A stretch of 64,000 nucleotides of DNA, taken from the human T2T-CHM13v2.0 reference genome, Homo sapiens. Positions within the stretch are counted from its first letter, which is position 1, and each line of letters starts with the position of its first letter. The DNA is taken from NCBI RefSeq assembly GCF_009914755.1, contig NC_060925.1; one strand, given 5' to 3'. Of this stretch, positions 31,967-44,535 are shown one piece after another. The position numbers were made by a program, and so were the translations under genes. Under the pieces are notes generated by a model, which saw nothing but the letters and a program-made list of their open reading frames with translations, had not been told where the DNA came from and did not search any database.

Positions 31967-32316
31967 CAGTCATGTGTTGCATAAGGACAGTTCAGTCAAA
32001 GATGAACCGCATATACAACCGTGGTCCCATAAGATTGTCATATACTGTATTTTTACCATACCTTTTCTATGTTTAGGTAAGTTTATATGCACAAATACTT
32101 ACCATCCTGCTCTGGTTGCCTACAGTATTTGGTACAGTGCCTGCTGTACAGATTCACTGGCCAGGAGCTATAGGCCACACCCTACAGCCTAGGTGTGTAG
32201 TTGGCAGTACCATCTAAGGTTGTTAAGTAATATTCTGTGATGTTTGCACGATGACAAAAGTCATGTAAGGACACATTTCTCAGAACATACCCCCTTCGTT
32301 AAGCAACACATGACTG
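31967..32316. mobile_element. Tigger3/MER7-like TcMar DNA transposon MITE
   Basis: Terminal inverted repeats CAGTCATGTGTTGC.TAA.GA and TCGTTAAGCAACACATGACTG about 350 bp apart. Confidence 0.8.
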
Positions 32317-32609
32317 TCTTTGCATTGAAAATTTTGATAGATACTAACTCGCCCTTCACAAGGGTAAAAACAGTTTGCACTCTCAACAGCCATGCTCCCA
32401 CCTTCTTGTTGACATTACATCTTATTCTCTGTAATGTTTGCCAATCTGATGGGGGGCGGAAAGGACCCCAGTGTCAAGTATATTTTTGGATCATAGTTTT
32501 CAAGCATATTTTTAGTACCATTTATAATTTTTTTATATGTCAAACAGGTTATATATAGAAAATATTTTCTACTGGATGTTACAAATTAATCTTTATTATC
32601 TTTTCTCAG

Positions 32610-32666
32610 GACTTACAAAGTACCCAAGCATCTAGTCTGGAACTGACAGAGATAAGTAGAGAAAAT
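32610..32666 (+). CDS. LGALS8: Galectin-8 linker exon (DLQSTQASSLELTEISREN)
   Basis: 57 nt, phase 0/0, CAG| and |GTAAAT. Confidence 0.95.
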
Positions 32667-33157
32667 GTAAATATTAAATCTTTTAATGAGCCACTGGTTT
32701 AAAAATGTTGTTTTAGCTGCCATGTTAATGAAATGGCAAGAAGGCTGGGTTTTTGAAAATTATGCTTTTAGAACGCAAGTAATCACTTGAAAATTGAGAT
32801 ACATACTTGTGGTGCCAGGCACGCAGTAAGTTTTTGCTGATGATTCACCTGTCAGTTTCTGTAACTGCCACTCACTGTTCTTATGTAAAAAGCACTCTCT
32901 CACTCTTAACTGCTGAATAGTACTGTTCTGGGGTATTTCCAAATATTGAACATCAGCCAGTGCACTGGCAAATGAACTTCCATGTGTATCTTCAACCCCT
33001 GGGAGAATAACTGCAATTTAAAAATGCGCTGTTATTAATGGAGAAAGTGAGGTCTTACCGACTGGCACGTTCACACCTCACAGACAGAATAGAATCTTAG
33101 CATTCTGGGGGCACCCTGGAAAGGACAACTAAGACACGTTTGAAGTTCATGTAGTGC

Positions 33158-33444
33158 TGGGTGAAGGTGGTGGCTCAGGCCTGTAGTCCCAGCGCTTTGG
33201 CTGAGGTGGGGGGATTGCTTGAGCCTAGGAGTTTGAGATCAGCCTGGGCCACATAGGGAGAACCCCATCTCTACAAAAAATTAAAAAATTATCTGGGCAT
33301 GGTGGCGCATGGCTGTGATCCCAGCTTTGGGTGGCTGAAGTAGGCGGATGACTTGAGCCCAGGAGGTTGAGGCTGCAGTGAGCCATGATTGAGCCACTGC
33401 ATCCCAGTGTGGATGACAGAGTAAGACCCTGTCTCTTAAAAAAA
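33158..33444 (+). mobile_element. Alu (AluJ-type)
   Basis: Diverged sense Alu. Confidence 0.85.
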
Positions 33445-33716
33445 TTTCATATAGTTCTATGAAAAATTATTAATTTATGGTGGAGGATAAAGGACTCAGA
33501 TGAACAGGGATATCAGACTCTCTTCTCAACCCGTGTAGCCCTTCACAACACCATACCATTCCGTCATAAAGCACCAGCTGCCTGGAGGTCACACCAGAGT
33601 GGAGCAGGAACATCCCAGGCTCCGGCCAGGCTCAGCTCAGCACAACCAAGACTTCAGATTATAAACTATAATTCTTCCCCTTCTAACATTGTTGTGTTTT
33701 GTTTCTTTTCCAATAG

Positions 33717-33743
33717 GTTCCAAAGTCTGGCACGCCCCAGCTT
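33717..33743 (+). CDS. LGALS8: Galectin-8 27-nt linker microexon (VPKSGTPQL)
   Basis: TAG| acceptor, CTT|GTGAGT donor, phase 0/0. Confidence 0.95.
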
Positions 33744-33870
33744 GTGAGTATTTTTGCCTGGGTTATTTCATGTGGAATATTTTATAAAGTTGCATAGAAA
33801 ATGAACAGTTTAAACCGTGGAGGGCAGCTTCATTCATTCCATTCCTTACTGTAGAACTGTTTCCCTACAG

Positions 33871-33996
33871 CCTAGTAATAGAGGAGGAGACATTTCTAAA
33901 ATCGCACCCAGAACTGTCTACACCAAGAGCAAAGATTCGACTGTCAATCACACTTTGACTTGCACCAAAATACCACCTATGAACTATGTGTCAAAG
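33871..33996 (+). CDS. LGALS8: Galectin-8 alternative 126-nt linker exon of Gal-8L (PSNRGGDISKIAPRTVYTK...NYVSK)
   Basis: CAG| acceptor, weak AAG|GTTTGA donor, 42 open codons; 317+42=359 aa. Confidence 0.92.
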
Positions 33997-34515
33997 GTTT
34001 GAAGAGCCCCAAATTTTCTTAACTCTGTATAAAAATTAAGTTGTAATGAGCTGTTACGAGTAACCTGTATCCACAATAGAAGCCCAAAGCAGCCCCCTCT
34101 GCATTTGTGTGCCGTCCCTGGATGGATTCGAGAGTCAACCAGGCCTGCCTCTGAGCCATTCCTGTGTATTTCCTCAGCACCTCCCTGCTTGGCTGCTTCC
34201 CCTTCAGGCAGAACACAGTACTGCCTCAGACCCCAGGCACAGGGGGCCTTCCTGGCGTGTTTCACTCATACAGAGGGCATCGGGTCCCACCCTGTCACTC
34301 ATTTCATCGTCTAAAATGTAATCATGAGTGTTTGCTTCGAGCCAGGGACAGTGCTGCTGCAGGGGACCCAGCTGGGACCAAGGCAGACTGTCTCTCCCCT
34401 CCTGGGATTTACAGGGTCATGGCTCTGAAACATTCTGTAGTGTTCTTTGGACACGAGTTTTCCCTGGAGATCGCTTTCTGCAGGCCTCTTGGTCCTGACT
34501 GTGGCTTCTTTTCAG

Positions 34516-34604
34516 AGCCTGCCATTCGCTGCAAGGTTGAACACCCCCATGGGCCCTGGACGAACTGTCGTCGTTAAAGGAGAAGTGAATGCAAATGCCA
34601 AAAG
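34516..34604 (+). CDS. LGALS8: Galectin-8 exon, start of C-CRD ([30 protein letters not shown])
   Basis: 89 nt, TTCAG| and AG|GTCAGT. Confidence 0.97.
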
Positions 34605-34900
34605 GTCAGTATCCTTCGGTACCAGTCACAGTGCAGATACTTCCGTGCCTGTTACCGCCTTCTACCCGTGAACGGTCCTGTGAGCTGGAAGTAGGGCTAG
34701 TGTCAGAATCTTCATTTCCAAAGTGAGATGATTCAAGCAGGAGGTGGTTAGATTGTGAACAGCCAGTGGGCAGCAGAGCCGACTAAGGCCGTGTTCTGAC
34801 CTCGGCTTTTTCTGGCCAGACAAGAGAGTAGCATTTTTGTCCACGAGGCCTATCCTTGCCTTGTAGAACTCCAGAGCAGCCCCGTAAGATCAGGCAACAT

Positions 34901-35206
34901 CTTTTCTTTTTTTTTTTGAGATGGAGCCTCACTGTGTCACCCAGGCTGGAGTGCAGTGTCACAATCCCAGCACACCACAACCTCCGCTTCCTGGGTGTTC
35001 AAGCCATTCTCCTACCTCAGCCTCTGGAGTAGCTGGGATTACAGGCGCACCACCACGCCCAGCTACTTTTTGAATTTTTGTATTTTTAGTAGAGACAGGG
35101 GTTCACCATGTTGGCCAGGCTGGTCTGGAACTCCTGACCTCAAGTGATCCGCCCACTTCGCCCTCCCAGTGCTGGGATTACAGGTGTGAGTCGCCACGCC
35201 CAGCCC
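34901..35206 (-). mobile_element. Alu
   Basis: Antisense Alu flanked by AGGCAACAT duplication. Confidence 0.92.
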
Positions 35207-35704
35207 AGGCAACATTTTTTAGGGCCCCTCTTGTCATGTGATTTAGAAAATTTCTGCTTTAACAACTTTTTCCACAGACGTCCAGCCTTCTGAAAGCTTG
35301 AAATTAGAGCTATTTCCTAGAAAGTGGCATACTTTCAAGAAGGAAGGAACACGGGTAGATGATGAAAAGAGAATACCTGCTTGAGAGGATCCCAGGCTCC
35401 TGCAGCCTGAAGTAGTCATTCAGTTTAGCGTTAAACCTTCCATTTCTGTCCAACCACATCTCAGCCTCAATGCTGATTTTAAAGGGGTTTTTTTTTTCGT
35501 ATTTTTATTTTGCAAGTAACGAATTAGTGGAATGCTGACTGGGTTTAAAATTTCAACTTCACCTGCATTCCCATGTCCATGTGGATACGTGTGTTTCATA
35601 GAGTTAGAATCATAGTTCAAGTCTGGTCACTAACATTGCTGAAATTGCCACTACTCTGTCCTACTTGGTTAATTAAGGTTTTTTTTTTCTTTCTTTCTCA
35701 AAAG

Positions 35705-35870
35705 CTTTAATGTTGACCTACTAGCAGGAAAATCAAAGGATATTGCTCTACACTTGAACCCACGCCTGAATATTAAAGCATTTGTAAGAAATTCTTTTCT
35801 TCAGGAGTCCTGGGGAGAAGAAGAGAGAAATATTACCTCTTTCCCATTTAGTCCTGGGATGTACTTTGAG
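35705..35870 (+). CDS. LGALS8: Galectin-8 exon, C-CRD core ([21 protein letters not shown]...WGEEER...MYFE)
   Basis: Galectin HxNxR and WGxEER motifs; 166 nt. Confidence 0.98.
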
Positions 35871-38800
35871 GTGAGGTTCCAGTTTTTGAAAATGGGACAG
35901 CAATAAGAATCCTGGGAGCAGGGGTGGGATAAGTGGTCCATTTAAATCAAGTCCTAACTCAGTATGTGGAGGTTGTGTATGTTTTTTGTTTACTTGGAGA
36001 TTGTAATTTGCCCCTTCCTTTTTATAACGTGGGCAATCAGTATAAATGGCAAAGCCAGTAGAGTGTCAAATTATGCACATTGGAATTGACATTTGTCATC
36101 ATATTAAAATTCCTGTGTAGCCCCATATTGATAGGAATTTAACCAGGAAGCTTGTCTCAGGACTGGAGTCACACATTTAATCATATAAGCAGACTTGAGG
36201 ACTGGAGACCCTAAAACTGCTTGCTTGCACTGGCCATCATCTCCCATCAGGGTAGGTGGCAGTCCTTTCTCCTAAGGAGTTAGTCTTGTTTATATGTATT
36301 CAAGGAAAAATACATCAGTCCCTTGGAACTAAAAGGCATGCAGTCCTGAGTCCCCAGATAGGTGAATATTGTAACACATACCTTTCCCGAAATATGTTTC
36401 TGGGATGCTGAGCAGAGAATAGTCTCCTTGTGATGTGGATGCCGGGTGTTTGGCCAGCCTCAATCACCAGCTCAGGTGCCACTGCCTCACACAGTCACTT
36501 AGGGTCATTGGTTTAGGTTATCATTCTACAGCATTTTAAACTGACACATTGTCTGGACCATGTGGGTTCTTGAGGACTCATCAAAACCCGTTACTAAAAG
36601 CATGAATATCAGGCGAAATAGATAGCAATGTGACATTCGTATTTATCCCTAAGTTCCAGTCTAATGCAGTGCCCTGGTATGTGGAGTGTAGACAGATGTG
36701 GGCTAATCATGGAAGGTTCCCTGGAAGTTGTGGATATTGGTTTCGAATTCAGAAAGCTGGGAAGGATGTGGAAGGCTGAAGGTTGGCTTTTCTAGATTTA
36801 GGGCATGATTTGAACAAGTCCTTAGAGGTGGGAAGGGCAGCACAGGGTTGTTGGCTTGGCAAGAGTCAAGGTGCAAAGGGTGACTTGGGGTTCACTGGAG
36901 GGAAACAGAGATGAGTGCTCTAGAAGGAAGTTGAGCCTTGTGGTGGGTGACAGGAAACCAATGATGTAACTTGTTTTTGACCTATCTGGGCCCCAAGTTT
37001 GGATCTGCTATATTAATATAAAAAAGGATAATAATGATACATTCAAATAATGCTGAAAAATACTAAGATGAAAATACCTCCAACTTCGTAATTCAAACCA
37101 TACCATTAGGATTAGGTGAACCACATTCCAGGCGTTTTTTTGCAGAGACAGTGAAAGGGATGGCTGGCTGAAGGAATGAATAGATGAATGTTATATGCTT
37201 TTGAACAATCGTCTTTTCCATTTAATTTTCTAATTCAGGAGCAGTAATTATCCTTGTGTTGATCACTGCTGACGATTTTCTATACTGATAGGTCCTTTCC
37301 GGGGGCTTCCATCTCTTGCCTTTTAAATATGCTTGCATTGAGATTATCTCAGGTCTTTCCATTATGCCATTACTTTCATTTTAAATCTTCTTGCTCTTTC
37401 AAATACACTTTAGTTGTATCTACAGTGTTTTAAAAACAATCTCATTCAGTGTTGTAATTTCATCTGTGGGCTCTTCCTCTGGATGAAATCCGTGTTCCTC
37501 CCAGCTGTTCGGCAGCATCAGATGGTTGTGAGGGATTCTGTTGTTCTGTTTTCTTCTAGGCAAAGGATGTGCCTTCTTTTCATTTGCAGTAGTCTGCTCA
37601 CCCGGAAGCATGTCATTTCTTTGCCACTTGCTTGTAATTCACTGGCTTTGCACTTGCTCTGATACAGTACAGGTAACTAATTGACTCCCTCTGCTGCCAA
37701 CTTGGTTTTCCTTCTGAGCTATAGCATCAGGCTGTGTGTTTTGTGTTTTCTTGAGATTTTGTTAAATATATCTGGGGTCCCTTCTACCTGGTTGGAACTG
37801 GGATTCCCACCATTCTTGTGGGGATAGAATCTCAGGTTACACCTATTTCCCCAATCCTCTGTAGCCACAGAAGCTTCATCTTGGCCAGCTCTGTTATCAG
37901 AGTGCAGGACTTGGGCTGAAATTTCCTCCCCTTCCTGATTTTCCTTGACAGTCCTTTCCACTGCTCCTATCAATCAAAAGAATGAAAACCCTCAACTTGC
38001 TGCTTTGCAGATTCAGGTTTTGTGCTTCTTTCTGGCCTCTCGGGGTGGGGCCGGGTTAGCAGCAAGGCTGAGCTGCCCCTCTTTCTTCTGAAGCCTTCAT
38101 GGGGGCGAGGAGCACAGGGAGAGCTCAGTGCAGGGCCTCCCAGTGGCCTTCTCAGAGTGGGTGGAAACCCAGCCTGGCACTGGCAGCGTGGCACCAGAAG
38201 TATGAAGTGTAGGTGTAAAGGTGATGTAAAAGGCTAGTAGGTTTTTTGGTTTTTCATTGTTTGAGTTTTGGGCATAGATGACTGTGAAGGGCGAACACTG
38301 CCGATGGATCTGAATGAATTTGTAGTATGTGCACCACTTCCAACTTACGGGATACCCAGCTTTGACGGCTTTGGACAAACACACTGAGGCCAAGATGTGC
38401 TGAGCTTATCAGGATCAGGATCACCAAGCAGCTGTAAAAACCCTAGCAAGTGCCTTAAGCTGCTGAAATTTCATATTAATTGTCTGGTTTGTTCATGGTC
38501 CTAGAGTTTGAGGCAGAAAAGTCAGGATCCAAGTCCCTTGGTTCCAGGCTACAGCTGGAAACAGCATCTCGGTGAACTAAAGCAACCATATTAGGAGTTT
38601 TCCTGCTTTAGGAGAGTCCCCAGCATCGGCGAGGAGGGGGCAGCACTCTGGCTTTCCAGGAGCAAGGGGCAGGATGCGGCCGAGGGAGAGGGGCTGTGTT
38701 GAGGAAAGGAGGGCCGCAGGCCCTGGGGATGGTGTGAGGCTCCAAACATGTCCGAGTCACTTCCCTGGGTGGGATGAGGCAGACAGTGCCACCACCAGGG

Positions 38801-38969
38801 ACACTTTAGTTAGATTAGGGTCTTGGAAGTCACAGAAGGAAGTCAGCAGCAGCAGGCTGGAACTTTTCTATGTATAATCAAATGGTTTACTCTGACACCG
38901 TTAGCATGTAACAAACACAAAATTTTAAACTAAGGGGAACCACTAATGGCATGTTTCCTTTCCTTTCAG

Positions 38970-39119
38970 ATGATAATTTACTGTGATGTTAGAGAATTCA
39001 AGGTTGCAGTAAATGGCGTACACAGCCTGGAGTACAAACACAGATTTAAAGAGCTCAGCAGTATTGACACGCTGGAAATTAATGGAGACATCCACTTACT
39101 GGAAGTAAGGAGCTGGTAG
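38970..39119 (+). CDS. LGALS8: Galectin-8 last coding exon ([16 protein letters not shown]...LLEVRSW*)
   Basis: TTCAG| acceptor, TAG stop at 39117-39119; core exons total 954 nt = 317 aa + stop. Confidence 0.98.
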
Positions 39120-39740
39120 CCTACCTACACAGCTGCTACAAAAACCAAAATACAGAATGGCTTCTGTGATACTGGCCTTGCTGAAACGCATCTCACTGTC
39201 ATTCTATTGTTTATATTGTTAAAATGAGCTTGTGCACCATTAGATCCTGCTGGGTGTTCTCAGTCCTTGCCATGAAGTATGGTGGTGTCTAGCACTGAAT
39301 GGGGAAACTGGGGGCAGCAACACTTATAGCCAGTTAAAGCCACTCTGCCCTCTCTCCTACTTTGGCTGACTCTTCAAGAATGCCATTCAACAAGTATTTA
39401 TGGAGTACCTACTATAATACAGTAGCTAACATGTATTGAGCACAGATTTTTTTTGGTAAAACTGTGAGGAGCTAGGATATATACTTGGTGAAACAAACCA
39501 GTATGTTCCCTGTTCTCTTGAGCTTCGACTCTTCTGTGCTCTATTGCTGCGCACTGCTTTTTCTACAGGCATTACATCAACTCCTAAGGGGTCCTCTGGG
39601 ATTAGTTAAGCAGCTATTAAATCACCCGAAGACACTAATTTACAGAAGACACAACTCCTTCCCCAGTGATCACTGTCATAACCAGTGCTCTACCGTATCC
39701 CATCACTGAGGACTGATGTTGACTGACATCATTTTATCGT

Positions 39741-39746
39741 AATAAA
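39741..39746 (+). terminator. LGALS8: Proximal poly(A) signal of LGALS8
   Basis: First AATAAA after the stop codon. Confidence 0.65.
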
Positions 39747-40801
39747 CATGTGGCTCTATTAGCTGCAAGCTTTACCAAGTAATTGGCATGACATCTGAGC
39801 ACAGAAATTAAGGCAAAAAACCAAAGCAAAACAAATACATGGTGCTGAAATTAACTTGATGCCAAGCCCAAGGCAGCTGATTTCTGTGTATTTGAACTTA
39901 GGGCAAATCAGAGTCTACACAGACGCCTACAGAAAGTTTCAGGAAGAGGCAAGATGCATTCAATTTGAAAGATATTTATGGGCAACAAAGTAAGGTCAGG
40001 ATTAGACTTCAGGCATTCATAAGGCAGGCACTATCAGAAAGTGTACGCCAACTAAGGGACCCACAAAGCAGGCAGAGGTAATGCAGAAATCTGTTTTGTT
40101 CCCATGAAATCACCAATCAAGGCCTCCGTTCTTCTAAAGATTAGTCCATCATCATTAGCAACTGAGATCAAAGCACTCTTCCACTTTACGTGATTAAAAT
40201 CAAACCTGTATCAGCAAGTTAAATGGTTCCATTTCTGTGATTTTTCTATTATTTGAGGGGAGTTGGCAGAAGTTCCATGTATATGGGATCTTTACAGGTC
40301 AGATCTTGTTACAGGAAATTTCAAAGGTTTGGGAGTGGGGAGGGAAAAAAGCTCAGTCAGTGAGGATCATTTTATCACATTAGACTGGGGCAGAACTCTG
40401 CCAGGATTTAGGAATATTTTCAGAACAGATTTTAGATATTATTTCTATCCATATATTGAAAAGAATACCATTGTCAATCTTATTTTTTTAAAAGTACTCA
40501 GTGTAGAAATTGCTAGCCCTTAATTCTTTTCCAGCTTTTCATATTAATGTATGCAGAGTCTCACCAAGCTCAAAGACACTGGTTGGGGGTGGAGGGTGCC
40601 ACAGGGAAAGCTGTAGAAGGCAAGAAGACTCGAGAATCCCCCAGAGTTATTTTTCTCCATAAAGACCATCAGAGTGCTTAACTGAGCTGTTGGAGACTGT
40701 GAGGCATTTAGGAAAAAAATAGCCCACTCACATCATTCCTTGTAAGTCTTAAGTTCATTTTCATTTTACGTGGAGGAAAAAAATTTAAAAAGCTATTAGT
40801 A

Positions 40802-41007
40802 TTTATTAATGAATTTTACTGAGACATTTCTTAGAAATATGCACTTCTATACTAGCAAGCTCTGTCTCTAAAATGCAAGTTGGCCTTTTGCTTGCCACAT
40901 TTCTGCATTAAACTTCTATATTAGCTTCAAAGGCTTTTAAACTCAATGCGAACATTCTACGGGATGTTCTTAGATGCCTTTAAAAAGGGGGCAGATCTAA
41001 TTTTATT
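40802..41007 (-). terminator. HEATR1: Candidate HEATR1 poly(A) signals (minus-strand AATAAA at 41002-41007 and 40802-40807)
   Basis: TTTATT on + strand 0.85-1.05 kb past the HEATR1 stop; the site actually used cannot be determined from sequence. Confidence 0.4.
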
Positions 41008-41855
41008 TGAACCCTCACTTTCCAACTTCACCATGACCCAGTACTAGAGATTAGGGCACTTCAAAGCATTGAAAAAAATCTACTGATACTTACTTTCTTA
41101 GACAAGTAGTTCTTAGTTAACCACCAATGGAACTGGGTTCATTCTGAATCCTGGAGGAGCTTCCTCGTGCCACCCAGTGTTTCTGGGCCCTCTGTGTGAG
41201 CAGCCAGGTATGAGCTGTTTTAGAAGCAGCGTGTTGCCTTCATCTCTCCCGTTTCCCAAAAGAACAAAGGATAAAGGTGACAGTCACACTCCTGGGTTAA
41301 AAAAAGCATTCCAGAACCACTTCTCTTTATGGGCACAACAAAGAAACGAAGGCTGAAGTTCGCCTACCCAAAATGAAAAGTAGGCTTTACAGTCAAAAGT
41401 ACTTCTGTTGATTGCTAAATAACTTCATTTTCTTGAAATAGAGCAACTTTGAGTGAAATCTGCAACATGGATACCATGTATATAAGATACTGCTGTACAG
41501 AAGAGTTAAGGCTTACAGTGCAAATGAGGCGTCAGCTTTGGGTGCTAAAATTAACAAGTCTAATATTATTACCATCAATCAGGAAGAGAATAATAAATGT
41601 TTAAACAAACACAGCAGTCTGTATAAAAATACCGTGTATCATTTACTCTTTCTGCAGCTCTATACGATAGGCAGGAGAGGCTTATGTGGCAGCACAAGCC
41701 AGGTGGGGATTTTGTAACGAAGTGATAAAACATTTGTAAGTAATCCAAGTAGGTGTATTAAGGCACCAAAAGTAACATGGCACCCAACACCCAAAAATAA
41801 AAATATGAAATATGAGTGTGAACTCTGAGTAGAGTATGAAACACCACAGAAAGTC

Positions 41856-41944
41856 TTAGAAATAGCTCTGGAGTGGCTCTCCCAGGACAGTTTCCAGTTG
41901 CTGAATAGTCTTTTGGCACTGATGTTCTACTTCTTCACATTCAT
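41856..41944 (-). CDS. HEATR1: HEATR1 last coding exon (D-ECEEVEHQCQKTIQQLETVLGEPLQSYF*)
   Basis: T20-AG acceptor, TAA stop; HEATR1/UTP10 C-terminus. Confidence 0.96.
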
Positions 41945-42953
41945 CTAAAAAAAAAAAAAAAAAAAATCAAAATTAAAATCTGAGTCAGTCTGCCTGCCTC
42001 GGTTCTCATTAGTTTAATTCTTAATGCCTTGCACTTTCCAGCAATCATTCAATCAAAAGAGTGAAATGAAGCACATTAACAAAGCAGGAGGCGCCACGGA
42101 CCGCCTCCCTCCACACCGCTCCTTCCGCCTTCATTCCTTGCCCACAGGCTTGCACTGGAAGCTGAATAAGAATCCCCAAAACTCAAACTTCCTAGGGATG
42201 CCACCCCTTTAGTAGCTCACACCTCCCCCCTCCAAGAGCTAAGAAACAAAGGAGAATGTACTTTTGTAGCTTAGATAAGCAATGAATCAGTAAAGGACTG
42301 ATCTACTTGCTCCACCACCCCTCCCTTAATAATAACATTTACTGTTATTTCCTGGGCCTAAGACTTATGTTCCAGAACTGTCACAGCTCCCCATGTCACA
42401 CCCACTAGCTTGTGATCTTTGTCAAATAACTGAAATCTTTTAAGCCTCTAGTTTCTTCCTTTGTAAAACAGAGATAAAATGTTGTGGTTTTTAAGTGAGA
42501 TAATCCAAGTAAAGCACCTAACATGGAGTAGTGAATGAACATCGGTTGCTACTAAAAGTGGACATCCTACCGCATCCTTAATGCCACTAGGCATTTCCAT
42601 ACAATCTGGGGACCAAAACTTCAATCATATAAATGTATGAGGTTAATTAAAAACACTACTGTAATCTGCTTGTATGATCACAAACCACCACAAAAGAAAA
42701 GATCGTGAAGATTACACTGTAAACGGACTCTCAAATGATCAGGAGGTGGTCACTTCGCAACTTGCTCCCTCCACCCAACTCAAAACAGGAGCTCGAGCCT
42801 GCCTGTATTTGAGACTGGAGCTGCCTGTATGAGGACTGGATCAACTGCTAGTCACGTTATATCCAAATCTGCATTATCATTGGGCACATTTTCACAGAAT
42901 TTTACTGAATTATTCCTTAATTGTTTAATGGTTGGGAATAGTTTGGGAATTAC

Positions 42954-43062
42954 CTTCCATCAACTCTGCTAAGAAAGGAATGGATTCTGGTAGCAAGACA
43001 ATATAATTCTCCTTTAGTTTTTCAGCCAGTGCTAACACAGTAATCAAAGCAGCAAATCGAAC
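42954..43062 (-). CDS. HEATR1: HEATR1 exon (VRFAALITVLALAEKLKENYIVLLPESIPFLAELME)
   Basis: 109 nt, GT-AG; conserved UTP10 LLPESIPFLAELMED motif. Confidence 0.96.
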
Positions 43063-43899
43063 CTGAAAGGGATAAAAGAGCAAAGAAATAAAAAGTAGTG
43101 TTACTGTATTTATTATCTTAAGAGCTGTACTGACTTGAGACAAGCTCTAACTTTTTAAACATTAGTTCACACGCGTTTATTCACTTCATTATGTTCATTA
43201 AGCTTTCATCTTAGAATACCAGTTTCACCATTTGGGAGCTGTTTGTAATATGTGCAACCTTATAAATAGTGTTTTCCAAACTGTGTCCCAGGACTGCAAA
43301 TCTTTAATGTGAAATGTCTTTTTATAATCTCTTCCTTTAAAAAAAACCAATAAAATAAAATGCCACATGCAAACTCAAGTGTGTCACCAGATTTTACTTC
43401 ATTGGCGCTCGCCAGCCCGCCAGGCTGGCAATAAAGTGCCTCCAGCCACCTCTGGCAGGTCTCCTCACCCACAGCCCCTGACTGGTCACCACTATAGTTG
43501 TATGAGGGGCCAGGACAATCGCTTGGGATAAACTCCCATCTCAGCACTGAATAAAAAACATTCTGTGTCACAATATCCTAGTTTTGGGGCTTTAAAAACG
43601 TCTAGGTGTTCCTCACATGCCTTGTCTATAATAAGGAAAGCAAGCAGTAGTTGGGTATTGTTAGCTTTTGAAACAAAAGCCCTACTGGTCTTCTAATTTT
43701 GGATATTTTAATTAAAGAATATCTGGACAGTACAAAGTGAATTATTAAAAAACCATTTGTAACTACCTAGATTCAATCAGGATTTCCTTGATTTGTGCAA
43801 AGTAAAATATTACAATAAATTTGATACTGCTACTTGTATAAAAACCTATGGTTTAAAATGTGGGGGTTCATCATAATAGTCTCATTGTTAGCATATCCT

Positions 43900-43935
43900 A
43901 ATAAAGAATTTGAACTAATAAATCCTATTAATAAA
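43900..43935 (+). terminator. LGALS8: Triple AATAAA cluster, likely distal LGALS8 poly(A) site
   Basis: AATAAA at 43900, 43917 and 43930, followed by T/GT-rich sequence. Confidence 0.6.
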
Positions 43936-44535
43936 ATTCTGCTTTGGTCTGTTATAGCCAGTAAAGTTCTAATACAATCATTAGTTTGAGAAATGGTGAC
44001 TCATTGCTAAAACAGTTTGAAATTTGTAACACTTGGGTGTCAAATTTTGACTTCCACTCAACCTACCCATGTTTTATTTCCACTGCCACCACTTACTCAA
44101 CAAGATCATAAGCCTAGTATCTATAAACAACAGAATGTATTGCTCTAACTCAAAAGACTATAGTGTGGATAAATTCAATGCATTTCTCTCTGGAGCACAA
44201 TGACATTTCAATAGCACTTAAAAAAGAAGGAATTACTTCAAATCTTTGTTATTTAAAAGTATTTAGAAAGTATTTTAGTACTTCTGCCCAACGCACCATT
44301 GGGGTGGGGATAGGGCATTGCTATTCTTTACAAATAGCCTATAAGTAAAAAACAAAATTTTCTTAGGCACAAATTTCTGCCTAATACAAAAGACCAGACC
44401 TCTAGTACTGGATGACAAATAGCAATGTTCTTCCCTGCCAGTTTACTAGGGGGCCTACATCTGTGACCACCTGCAGGCTGTTTAGGCTATGCAGTGAAAA
44501 GATGCAGTTTCAGTACTTGTCACGCAGTTCCTAAC

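Noticed and set aside
39117-39125. Possible stop-codon readthrough of LGALS8
   Set aside because: The context is TAG CCTA, not the established TGA CTAG readthrough motif.
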